64,000 bases of DNA from Lentisphaeria bacterium (GTDB taxonomy: Bacteria; Verrucomicrobiota; Lentisphaeria; Victivallales; UBA1829): the NCBI GenBank assembly GCA_017615635.1, contig JAFZZR010000005.1, positions 5,258-69,257 on the forward strand. Direction: 5' to 3'. The notes below the pieces were generated by a model. That model had not been told where the DNA came from and ran no database searches. It saw only the letters and a list, made by a program, of their open reading frames with translations. The number at the start of each line of letters is the position of its first letter. Positions within the stretch are counted from its first letter, which is position 1. Below, one piece after another: positions 8,999 to 17,578 of this stretch. The position numbers and the translations under genes were made by a program.

Positions 8999-9028
8999 TA
9001 ATATAGCACGGTATGGGCGGGTTGTCAA
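8999..9028 (-). promoter_or_regulatory. sigma70-type promoter with extended -10 (arnT)
   Basis: The minus strand reads TTGACA-17 nt-TATATT, preceded by TGC (TGCTATATTA). The same 10-mer recurs at three other promoters in the window. Confidence 0.55.
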
Positions 9029-9045
9029 TTTTTCGCGAAAATCCG

Positions 9046-9074
9046 ATTGACAAAGCAGGGAAAAAGAAGTAGAG
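9046..9074 (+). promoter_or_regulatory. candidate divergent promoter for the MacB-type ABC pair
   Basis: TTGACA-17 nt-TAGAGT, about 80 nt upstream of ATG 9157. Confidence 0.4.
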
Positions 9075-9156
9075 TACACGAGCACGAGCCATGCGTTACA
9101 ATAAAACGGGCTTTCCGTCCGTTCTTTTGGAAACACGATATTGCGAGGAACCGCTC

Positions 9157-9861
9157 ATGGAATTGATCGAACTGGAAAATATCTGCAAGTCGTACCGGAT
9201 CGGCGAGATGTCCGTCCCTGTTCTGAAGAACATCTCGATCCGCATCGGACGCGGCGAATATGTGGCCCTGATGGGCGCTTCCGGATCCGGAAAGAGCACC
9301 CTGATGAACATTCTCGGGTGTCTGGACCGGCCCACTTCGGGGAAGTATTATCTGGAAGGGGAGGAAGTGGGTTCGCTGGACGGGGATTCCCGTGCGAAGA
9401 TCCGCAACCGGAAGATCGGATTCGTTTTCCAGAGCTTCAATCTTCTGCCCCGGACTTCCGCGCTTGACAACGTGATCATGCCGCTCGCCTACACCAATGC
9501 GTCCCTTTCCGGACGGGAGGCCAAAGCGCGGGCCGTGGAGATTCTCAAGCGGGTCGGTCTGGCCGACCGGATGGATCATCATCCATCCCAGCTTTCCGGT
9601 GGGCAGCAGCAGCGTGTGGCCATAGCCCGTGCCCTGGTGAACCGGCCGCCGGTCCTGTTTGCGGACGAGCCTACCGGGAACCTGGATTCGAAGACCAGCG
9701 TGGAAGTGATGAAGATGTTCGAGGAACTGAACGGGGAGGGTATCACGATCATTCTGGTGACCCATTCGGCGGAAGTGGCCCGCTGTGCGAAACGGACGAT
9801 ACAGATCCGTGACGGAGAGATCATCCGCGGTATTTTCGGGCAGGAGGAGGAAGCATCATGA
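9157..9861 (+). CDS. ABC transporter ATP-binding protein (MacB/LolD-type)
   Basis: It has Walker A GASGSGKST, signature LSGGQQQRVAIARAL and Walker B VLFADEPTGNLD. ATG at 9157 follows GAGGAA; the track start at 9091 was rejected. Confidence 0.9.
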   Translation: MELIELENICKSYRIGEMSVPVLKNISIRIGRGEYVALMGASGSGKSTLMNILGCLDRPTSGKYYLEGEEVGSLDGDSRAKIRNRKIGFVFQSFNLLPRTSALDNVIMPLAYTNASLSGREAKARAVEILKRVGLADRMDHHPSQLSGGQQQRVAIARALVNRPPVLFADEPTGNLDSKTSVEVMKMFEELNGEGITIILVTHSAEVARCAKRTIQIRDGEIIRGIFGQEEEAS

Positions 9862-11219
9862 CGCTGGGATCGACAGTCGTTTCTTCGGTTCGCGCACTGG
9901 GACGGAATCCCACACGGGCACTTCTGACGACGCTGGGCATCGTCATCGGCATCGGCGCGGTCATCACCATGATGGAGATCGGCAACGGTTCCGCCGCGGC
10001 CATGAAGCAGAATCTGGAGAGCATGGGCGCCAATACGCTGGTCGTTATCCCCGGGACCCCGCGTATGCCCGGCGGCGTCTCCCAGGGGCAGGGCAGCGCG
10101 GTTTCGCTGACGCCCGATGATTGCGAAGCCATCCGCCGTGACTGTCTGAATATCTCCGCGGTGGCGCCGGTGGTGAATGCCGCGGGACTTCAGTTCGTCT
10201 TCGCCGGCAACAACTGGACGCCCCGGCAGGTCGTCGGCAGTACGCCCGAGTACTTCGAGATCCGGAACTGGCAGGTGGAGACGGGCCGTCTCTTCACGCA
10301 GGAGGAAGTGGAGTCCCGTGCCCGCGTCTGCGTCATAGGCTCTTCGCTGGTCAAGGAAGTGTTCGGCGGAGAGAATCCGGTGGGAACGACGATCCGGCTC
10401 CGCAATGTTTCCTTCACGGTGGTCGGCGTCCTCAAGACAAAAGGCGCGAACATGATGGGCATGGATGAAGACGATGTGGTCGTTGCCCCCTGGACGACGA
10501 TCCGGCTTCGCATCACGGGTTTGAAATCGGGATCCGCCACCAATACCACCAGTTCCGCTTCGACTTCCCCCAGCGCGCTGTATCCCGGGACCGGGGTCGC
10601 CTTTTTCCCGGAACAGGCGGAAAATCTGGAAACGGATACCCTTCTGGTTCCCCGGTTTACACAGGTGGATCAGATCATGGTTTCCGCCATCCGCCCGGAG
10701 CAGGTGGGCGCTGCCCAGATGGAAATGACGGTTCTACTGCGGGACCGCCACAAGCTGGGGCCTGATGACGACAACGATTTCTGGGTCCGCAATACGGCGG
10801 AATTCATGGCCACGCTTTCCAGCACGACGACTCTGATGAGCAATCTTCTGCTGGTCGTGGCGCTGATCTCCCTGATCGTGGGCGGCGTCGGGATCATGAA
10901 CATCATGCTCGTTTCCGTGACGGAACGGACCCGTGAGATCGGGCTCCGCATGGCTGTGGGCGCGCGTTCCCGGGACATCCTTCAGCAGTTCCTGACGGAA
11001 TCCATTATTCTGTGCGCCATCGGCGGGATCGTGGGGATTCTGCTGGGACACGGAGCCGCGCTGATGGTGAACATCCACCTGAAATGGCCCATCGAATCCA
11101 GTCCCGCCGTGGTCGCCGCCGCGTTCCTGGTTTCGGCGTCCGTGGGCATCATCTTCGGATTCTATCCCGCCTGGAAGGCATCCCGGCTCGACCCAATCGA
11201 AGCGCTCCGCTACGAATAA
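9858..11219 (+). CDS. ABC transporter permease, MacB-like (MacB_PCD + FtsX domains)
   Basis: ATGA overlap with the ATPase. The N-terminus LRALGRNPTRALLTTLGIVIGIGAVI is typical of MacB/FtsX permeases. It has a large periplasmic domain and a C-terminal FtsX 3-TM bundle (TERTREIGLRMAVGA). Confidence 0.9.
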   Translation: MTLGSTVVSSVRALGRNPTRALLTTLGIVIGIGAVITMMEIGNGSAAAMKQNLESMGANTLVVIPGTPRMPGGVSQGQGSAVSLTPDDCEAIRRDCLNISAVAPVVNAAGLQFVFAGNNWTPRQVVGSTPEYFEIRNWQVETGRLFTQEEVESRARVCVIGSSLVKEVFGGENPVGTTIRLRNVSFTVVGVLKTKGANMMGMDEDDVVVAPWTTIRLRITGLKSGSATNTTSSASTSPSALYPGTGVAFFPEQAENLETDTLLVPRFTQVDQIMVSAIRPEQVGAAQMEMTVLLRDRHKLGPDDDNDFWVRNTAEFMATLSSTTTLMSNLLLVVALISLIVGGVGIMNIMLVSVTERTREIGLRMAVGARSRDILQQFLTESIILCAIGGIVGILLGHGAALMVNIHLKWPIESSPAVVAAAFLVSASVGIIFGFYPAWKASRLDPIEALRYE

Positions 11220-11227
11220 GCCGCCGG

Positions 11228-11845
11228 TCATCGCGGCAGACGGACGAATTCCATGGCGTCCTTTTCCGTGATGGACCGGATGACGCGGCACGGGTTCCCC
11301 ACAGCCAGAGAGAAGGAGGGAATATCCCGCGTGACCACGCTGCCCGCGCCGATCACGCATCCGTCTCCGATCGTCACGCCGCCCAGAATGGAGACGCCGC
11401 CGGCGATCCAGCAGGAGTTCCCGACCCGGATGGGGCGGGCGTATTCCAGATTGTAGGTGGTACCGTCCGGCTTGATGCGGATATTGCGGTCTTCCGGGAG
11501 CAGGGGATGGATCGGGGTGTAGAGCCCGCAGTTCGGGCCGAACATGACGTCATCGCCGACGTGGATGGGACAGCTGTCCAGCGCTACGAAATTGAAATTG
11601 GCGTAGAACCGTTTTCCCACATGGAGATTGTATCCGTAATCGACCTGAAGCGGTCCCTGGAAAAAGAATTTTTCTCCGGCATCCGGGAAAAGTTCCCGGA
11701 GAATTTCCGCCCGGCGTTTCATGTCCCGATCCGTCAGACTGTTGAATTCCGTGCAGAGACAATGCGCCTTCAGACGGTCCCGGACAAGTTCCGGGTCGGA
11801 GGTGTCGTAGAGAAGTCCGGCGAGGCTTTTTTCTTTTTCCGTCAT
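11228..11845 (-). CDS. sugar O-acetyltransferase, hexapeptide-repeat family (maltose/galactoside acetyltransferase-like)
   Basis: It has the Mac N-terminal motif ([25 protein letters not shown]) and left-handed beta-helix hexapeptides ([13 protein letters not shown]). ATG at 11845. Confidence 0.85.
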   Translation of the reverse strand: MTEKEKSLAGLLYDTSDPELVRDRLKAHCLCTEFNSLTDRDMKRRAEILRELFPDAGEKFFFQGPLQVDYGYNLHVGKRFYANFNFVALDSCPIHVGDDVMFGPNCGLYTPIHPLLPEDRNIRIKPDGTTYNLEYARPIRVGNSCWIAGGVSILGGVTIGDGCVIGAGSVVTRDIPSFSLAVGNPCRVIRSITEKDAMEFVRLPR

Positions 11846-11881
11846 ACCTTGATCCTTTCCATGATAATGTAACAACGTTTT

Positions 11882-13468
11882 TCAGCATCCGGTCCGGAGC
11901 ATGGACTCCGCAAGCCGGATCCCGTCCACCGCGGCCGAGGTGATCCCTCCCGCGCATCCGGCGCCTTCGCCGCCGATCCAGAGACCCCGGATCCCGGATT
12001 CCAGTGTTTCCGGATCCCGGAGAAAGCGGACCGGACTGGATACGCCGGTTTCGATACCCGTGAGGATGCCGGACGAAAACCCCGGGATCTTCCGTTCGAA
12101 ATTCGGGATGGCTTTCCGGAGCGCCGTCCGAAGCCGGGCGGGGAGGAGCCGATCCAGCCGTTCCGGAACGAGCCCGAGCCGATAGGAGTTGTTTTCCAGC
12201 GCTCTGGGCGCGGTCGTCTTTTCCGTGAGGAAATCCGAGGCCCGCTGGGCCGGACAGGTATAATCGGATCCTCCGGCCAGAAAAATCTCCCGTTCGCAGG
12301 AATCCAGAAAGCGGAAGGCTTCCTCCGGCGTGGCAAAGGAATCGGCAGGCCAGGTAGTGACGAGCGCGGAATTTGCAAAGGGCCCGGACCGGGCATGAAG
12401 GCTCATGCCGTTGGTGCGAAGGCGTTCCGCCTCGGATACCGCGGGAATGATCTCGCCGCCGGGACACATGCAGAAGGTGGCGATCCCGCCGCCTTCGGAG
12501 GCCGAATCCGCCAGCGCATACTCTGCGGCCCCCAGAGACGGGACCGGCACAGGCCGCCCGAACTGGGCCCGGTCGATCAGTTCCTGCGGATGTTCGATCC
12601 GGACGCCCGTCTGGAATCCTTTCATACAGAACGAGGCTCCCTGCGACGCCATGGAAAGGATCAGATCCCGGGCGCTGTGGCCGCAGGCCGCCAGAACGGC
12701 GTCCGATCCAAGCGTCTCTCCGCTCTGAAGCCGGACGCCTGTGCAGCGGTTCCCTCGGACGGACAGGGCAACGGCCCGGGTATCCCAGAGAAACGTTCCG
12801 CCGAGAGCGAGGATCTTATTCCGGATCCCGGCAATGACGTCCGGCAGAAGGTCGGATCCGATATGCGGGTGACTGAAATACAGGATCTCCTCCGGCGCGC
12901 CCGCCTCGACAAACGTTTTTAAGACGAACGCGATGCGGGGATCCCGGATCCGTGTGTGCAGTTTGCCGTCCGACCAGGTCCCCGCTCCGCCTTCCCCGAA
13001 GAGTATATTGCTTTCCGGATCCGGTGTGCGCGTCCGGAAGAATTCCCCGATATCCCGCTTCCGTCTGACGACGTCACGCCCCCGCTCCAGAACCACAGGC
13101 GGTCTGCCTGCCAGAGACAGAATCAGGGCGGCGAAAAGACCGGCCGGCCCGGCGCCCACGATCAGCGGCGGATCCCCGCTCCGTTTTCCCGCGGGCGGAG
13201 CAGTCGGCGGGATCCAGATGTCCCGGGGCTCCGCGGCTTCCTGAAAACCGGCGGGCGCAAGTCCGGTCCGGAGTTCGGCGCGGACCCGGTAGATGATCCG
13301 GACGTCGGGCTTTTTCCGGGCGTCGATGCTGCGGCGGAGTATTTTCCAGGAGAGGATATCGTCTTCCCTTATCCGGAGCGCCTTCGCCAGAAAGGGCCGA
13401 AGCTCCCGGTCGATACGGGGCGACACTTCCCGGGCGGGAATGGAGAGCTCATCAAGGGAGACGATCAT
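11882..13468 (-). CDS. FAD-dependent dehydrogenase of the COG2509 type
   Basis: It has a dinucleotide fold (IVGAGPAGLFAALIL), an N-terminal ILRRSIDARKKP segment and the FCMCPGGEI motif characteristic of this uncharacterised family. ATGA overlap with the upstream gene. Confidence 0.8.
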   Translation of the reverse strand: MIVSLDELSIPAREVSPRIDRELRPFLAKALRIREDDILSWKILRRSIDARKKPDVRIIYRVRAELRTGLAPAGFQEAAEPRDIWIPPTAPPAGKRSGDPPLIVGAGPAGLFAALILSLAGRPPVVLERGRDVVRRKRDIGEFFRTRTPDPESNILFGEGGAGTWSDGKLHTRIRDPRIAFVLKTFVEAGAPEEILYFSHPHIGSDLLPDVIAGIRNKILALGGTFLWDTRAVALSVRGNRCTGVRLQSGETLGSDAVLAACGHSARDLILSMASQGASFCMKGFQTGVRIEHPQELIDRAQFGRPVPVPSLGAAEYALADSASEGGGIATFCMCPGGEIIPAVSEAERLRTNGMSLHARSGPFANSALVTTWPADSFATPEEAFRFLDSCEREIFLAGGSDYTCPAQRASDFLTEKTTAPRALENNSYRLGLVPERLDRLLPARLRTALRKAIPNFERKIPGFSSGILTGIETGVSSPVRFLRDPETLESGIRGLWIGGEGAGCAGGITSAAVDGIRLAESMLRTGC

Positions 13469-14199
13469 TTTTTCTTTTCCACGGGCCGGGTGTAGACCGT
13501 GACCATAAGGCCGTCCGCCGTTTCGGCGGAGACGCCCAGCAGCAGAACGCTCAGGGGCGATTCCCGGTAAAAAACTTCGCCGGATGCCCGGAACGGGTCG
13601 GCGATCTCATCCGAAGCCGGGAGCCATCCTTCGGCCTGAAGGCGCACGGCCATTTCGTTCACTGCCTGAGGACGCGTGACACCCTTGATCGTGAAACTGG
13701 CAAAGTCCGCTTTGCGCGACGGAAAACGGATGACATTTCCGGCTTCCGCACCGGGCAGGAGCGGGATCCCTTTGGGCCAGGCGGAGGCGGGCGCCGTTTT
13801 CCGGTCGGCGGGCAGCTTCATGGAAAACATCAGCACCGGGTTGACGCCCCGCAGGGAGATCAGCCACAGCCGGAGAATGGAGCCATCCTTTTCCGGCACG
13901 TTCATCAGGACCGAGTTCTGTCCCGCGGTGAATCCGGCATTGGGAAAACGGCGGAGCAGAACGGCTTTCGCATCCGCAAAAGGCAGATCCACCAGATCGA
14001 TGTCCAAACGAAGCGGAACGCCGTTGACCTGAACCTCCTCCTGCCAGAAATTCTTGCCCGGAAAAATGTCGCTGCGGGCATTGAAGGGAGTGGATCCGGC
14101 ACTTCCTTCTCCAAAGGGCCAGAGGGAGAAGATCTCGCCGTGCAGCGGCGCCGCGGCGAAGAGAAGGGAAAGAAGGAGAAGTCGATGATAACGAATCAT
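13465..14199 (-). CDS. secreted protein, function unknown
   Basis: It has a signal peptide (MIRYHRLLLLSLLFAAAPLHG). I recognise no family. It sits 7 nt after the upstream permease and overlaps the downstream gene by 4 nt. Confidence 0.6.
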   Translation of the reverse strand: MIRYHRLLLLSLLFAAAPLHGEIFSLWPFGEGSAGSTPFNARSDIFPGKNFWQEEVQVNGVPLRLDIDLVDLPFADAKAVLLRRFPNAGFTAGQNSVLMNVPEKDGSILRLWLISLRGVNPVLMFSMKLPADRKTAPASAWPKGIPLLPGAEAGNVIRFPSRKADFASFTIKGVTRPQAVNEMAVRLQAEGWLPASDEIADPFRASGEVFYRESPLSVLLLGVSAETADGLMVTVYTRPVEKKK

Positions 14200-14206
14200 G
14201 CCGGGA

Positions 14207-15004
14207 TCAGCCTCTTTTGCTCAGGTCCATGTGCCGGAACTGGTAGTCCGCGATCAGCAGGAATATGGCCGCGATGGAGACCGAATAAAGCAGCAGCATG
14301 CCGGAAACGATCCCGAAGAGCGGGAAGTCCAGGAGAAAATACAGATTGTTGGGGAAAAGATAGTAGAGGACGAAGATCGATTCCTCCACCTCGCCGGCGA
14401 ATCCCTCGGGCAGCATGGCGATGAGGATCGGGATAAGGTTGAACAGCAGGGAAAAAAGAAGGTAGAGCAGGGTGAAAATGATGGCTGCGATATCTCCGGC
14501 ACAGCAGGAAAACATCAGAATGACCGCCGTATAGGGAACGAACATGGACATCATGAGAAACTGTCTTGCGATCAGCTTTGCGGAGAAGAAGGCGCCCGTT
14601 CTCGCGTAGTGACAGAGTATGACGGAGAGTTCCGTGGCGCAGAAGAAGGCCGCGCAGATCAGCAGGATCCCGAAGTATTTTCCCAGCAGATACGAGGAGC
14701 GGGAGATCGGCTTGGAAAGCCAGTGCTGGATCTGACCGCCCGAGATTTCACGGGGAATCTCCACCGCGCCCGTGAAACAGGCCAGAAGCATGCTGATCAG
14801 CAGGGCGGCGAAGGTGCTGGTCAAGACCGGTTCGCTGCCGGGCTGGCGTCCGAGAAGATGGGAGAGGATGGCATTGCCCGCCACCTGGTCGGAAACGGGA
14901 TCCATTTCCGAGACGGCGTATCCGGCCATAAGGGCAAAGGCCAGCATCAGAAAGAATGCGGGCTCCTTGAGTTTTCTGAAGGTAAGCTGGGTGACGGTCC
15001 ACAT
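14207..15004 (-). CDS. ABC-2-type permease-like polytopic membrane protein (permease B)
   Basis: About 6 TM segments. It has the ABC-2 hallmark WLSKPISRSSYLLGKYFGILL after the first periplasmic loop. Confidence 0.65.
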   Translation of the reverse strand: MWTVTQLTFRKLKEPAFFLMLAFALMAGYAVSEMDPVSDQVAGNAILSHLLGRQPGSEPVLTSTFAALLISMLLACFTGAVEIPREISGGQIQHWLSKPISRSSYLLGKYFGILLICAAFFCATELSVILCHYARTGAFFSAKLIARQFLMMSMFVPYTAVILMFSCCAGDIAAIIFTLLYLLFSLLFNLIPILIAMLPEGFAGEVEESIFVLYYLFPNNLYFLLDFPLFGIVSGMLLLYSVSIAAIFLLIADYQFRHMDLSKRG

Positions 15005-15029
15005 GGCGATTTTCCCTCGTTTCCGGTAA

Positions 15030-15794
15030 TCAGATCCCCGTTTTCCGGTTTTCCATTTCTTCCCGGTACTTCCTGTCTTCCTCCTGCTGCATCAGAAATT
15101 CGGTGACGCTCCGCTTGTAGGCGCACTGATCGGCCGTCTTCATGGCGGCCTCCGCCATCTCGCCCCGTCCGGAGAGACGAGCGAAACGGGCCAGTTCGGC
15201 AAAGAGCGGGGAGTATTCCAGGAAGGGCGGATCGGGAATGTCGTTGAGAGGCGCGAGGAACCGGGCTATGCGGTCGGCGTTGGGCGTGAACTCATCCTCC
15301 AGACCCCGGAGTTTGTTGTACGCGGAGGTCCAGGCATAGAACTTTTCCTCGGCGGGAAGTTTCTTCTGATACTCGTGGAACATCGCTTCCGTGACGCCCT
15401 CGTTCCGTCCTTCCGGTTCGAAAAGGAAACGGATATAGACCGGATACGCTTCCGGCTGGTCCTTGTAGGCGGCCAGAACTTCCCGGTAGTACGGCATGTG
15501 CTCTCCGGTTTTCTCCGCCTCGTGGAAGGAGGCCAGAGCGCACAGGGCCGCCGCTTTGGAGCCGGGCGATCCCGCGTTTTTCAAACTGCTCTGGAGCTGA
15601 AGAAGCGTGATGCGGAAAGAGATCCTGTTCCGGATGGGGTCCGGCAGCCCGGCGAGAATCTCATCCATGGCCACGGCGGCCGGATTGATTCTCGCCACGG
15701 TTGCCTGTCTGAGGAAGGCCTCCGAGACGAAATAGAGGGCCAGGATCGCTGCGAAGAGCAGCAGGAGCCATCTTTTTTCGGGTCGTTCAGACAT
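15030..15794 (-). CDS. N-terminally membrane-anchored helical protein, function unknown
   Basis: A single TM (WLLLLFAAILALYFV) is followed by an alpha-helical, TPR-like composition. No family recognised. Confidence 0.6.
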   Translation of the reverse strand: MSERPEKRWLLLLFAAILALYFVSEAFLRQATVARINPAAVAMDEILAGLPDPIRNRISFRITLLQLQSSLKNAGSPGSKAAALCALASFHEAEKTGEHMPYYREVLAAYKDQPEAYPVYIRFLFEPEGRNEGVTEAMFHEYQKKLPAEEKFYAWTSAYNKLRGLEDEFTPNADRIARFLAPLNDIPDPPFLEYSPLFAELARFARLSGRGEMAEAAMKTADQCAYKRSVTEFLMQQEEDRKYREEMENRKTGI

Positions 15795-15824
15795 GGCGCA
15801 GACCTTTCCCCATCCGGGTTGATG

Positions 15825-16835
15825 TTACTTCGCTTTGTCGTCTTTCCGGGTATCGGAGAAGGGCTTTCCGCAATGCGGGCAGAACATGTAGCGGCCTTCC
15901 ACCGCCGCGGAACAATGCGGGCAGGTGAAGGTGGGATTGCTCAGTTTCTCGCCGCAGGTCGTGCAGAACTTGCTTCCCGGTTTCGCCGGATGCAGACACT
16001 TGGAACAGAGGTTTTCATCGTAAAAAACCTCCTGACGGATCTTATCCGCCAGTTCGCGGAGTTCCGGACTGGGGTCGAAATCCCGTCCGTAGATGTCATG
16101 CGGATGGAGCGCATCCTGCATGGCGGTGCGGAGGCGGTCCTTGAGATCGGGGATCAGGGAAGGCTGCTCCATGCCGCCGGCCTGCTGCGACTGGGCCCAT
16201 TCCCGGCGGAGGAAACGGAGTCTGGCCAGATATTCCCGGTCGGGCGCGGTGCCTGTGGCTTCCGCCTTCGCGACTTCGCGGATATAGCTGCTCACCAGAT
16301 GGTTTTCAGGCGAACCGTTGGTCCGTTCCAGCGCCATGCGGAAGTATTCGGCCGCCTTGGCGTGATCGGCGCTCATCAGCGGCGGTCCGTTCTGGTCCTT
16401 GATGTCGTAGGTGTTGCGGGAATAAATGAATCCCGTGAAGAAGGGGATCTTCCAGTTGTTGCGCAGATAGTCCAGACGGCACGCCGAATCCAGCATGTCC
16501 ACGGTTTTCTTGGGGTCTGCGTGCTGGATGAACGAAAGTCCGTCCAGATACAGGCGCTCGAATTTCGGATCCAGGCGCACCAGCCGTTCCAGTCGTGCGG
16601 TCACTTCCTTCACGTTGGATTCATCCACCGTCTGCAGATTTCCCAGATAGTTGATGAAGCCCATCCATTCCCAGTCCGCCACGACCTTGTGCATGCCGCC
16701 CACGGGCGCCGAGGAAAGTTTGTCCTTGTCCGGATTGATCTCGCGCTGTTTTGCCTGCAGGACGGGTGCCAGCGCAGCGGCGGCGACAAGCGCCGCGATC
16801 ATGATAATCAGAGAGACAATAATTTCTTTTTTCAT
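15825..16835 (-). CDS. N-terminally membrane-anchored helical protein with C-terminal double zinc ribbon
   Basis: TM (IIVSLIIMIAALVAAAALAPV), a helical domain, then CSKCLHPAKPGSKFCTTCG...FTCPHCSAAVEGRYMFCPHCG, giving four CxxC pairs. Confidence 0.65.
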   Translation of the reverse strand: MKKEIIVSLIIMIAALVAAAALAPVLQAKQREINPDKDKLSSAPVGGMHKVVADWEWMGFINYLGNLQTVDESNVKEVTARLERLVRLDPKFERLYLDGLSFIQHADPKKTVDMLDSACRLDYLRNNWKIPFFTGFIYSRNTYDIKDQNGPPLMSADHAKAAEYFRMALERTNGSPENHLVSSYIREVAKAEATGTAPDREYLARLRFLRREWAQSQQAGGMEQPSLIPDLKDRLRTAMQDALHPHDIYGRDFDPSPELRELADKIRQEVFYDENLCSKCLHPAKPGSKFCTTCGEKLSNPTFTCPHCSAAVEGRYMFCPHCGKPFSDTRKDDKAK

Positions 16836-16849
16836 GGTCCGTTTCCTTT

Positions 16850-17578
16850 TTACTTAATGTCTCTGAGCCGGAATATGATTCCGGAAAGCATCATAACAAA
16901 AACGGCAAAGGCCACCCCGTACAGGGCGGTCCCCAGAATGTAGCTCCACGGCAGATCCACCTGATAGATCACGTGCTCCTTCATGTTGAAGAGGTCGAGG
17001 TCCGGGAGGATCCCTCCGTTGAGCACCGGGATCTTCAGCCGATGCGTCAGGGAGGAGAACCAGACCGCCATGAGCGCGATGATGGGCGCCGCCATTTCGG
17101 GGAAGGAGACGGCGCAGAAGGTGCAGATGGAGGTCATGGGGATGGCACTCAGGATGATCAGCAGCTGGATCTTCACATAGATCAGGAAGATCGGTTCCGG
17201 GAAGCAGCTGGCGTAGATGATGTAGGAGCCGATGGCGATCAGCGTGCAGACGACGCAGGCCACGGCGTAGATGCCCAGCACTTTGCCCCAGAGATACTTC
17301 ATGCGGCCCAGGGACTTCGTCAGGAACGTGGCGGCAATGCCTTCCCGGAGCTCGCGGGGAATATCGAATGTCAGGGAAAGCACCGAGAGGATCGCGGCCA
17401 CCTGATTCAGCAGGAGCGACATGTCCAGCAGCAGTTCTCTGTGACGGTTCAATGAGATTTCGTTGTAGCGGTACATGCTTCCCACGAGGATCAGCACGCA
17501 CGCCACCAGAAAATACACGACTTTCAGCTTCAGAATGTTTTTGCAGGCATTCTCCGCAATGGTCCATACCTCTTTCAT
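16850..17578 (-). CDS. ABC-2-type permease (permease A)
   Basis: About 6 TM segments. It has the ABC-2 hallmark FLTKSLGRMKYLWGKVLGIYA. ATGA overlap with the ATPase gene. Confidence 0.7.
   Translation of the reverse strand: MKEVWTIAENACKNILKLKVVYFLVACVLILVGSMYRYNEISLNRHRELLLDMSLLLNQVAAILSVLSLTFDIPRELREGIAATFLTKSLGRMKYLWGKVLGIYAVACVVCTLIAIGSYIIYASCFPEPIFLIYVKIQLLIILSAIPMTSICTFCAVSFPEMAAPIIALMAVWFSSLTHRLKIPVLNGGILPDLDLFNMKEHVIYQVDLPWSYILGTALYGVAFAVFVMMLSGIIFRLRDIK

Noticed and set aside
9157-11219. MacB-type ABC pair lacking an adjacent membrane-fusion protein or TolC-like gene as a novelty.
   Set aside because: Stand-alone MacB/LolCDE-like ATPase-permease pairs are common. Nothing in the sequence is unusual beyond the missing adaptor, which may be encoded elsewhere.
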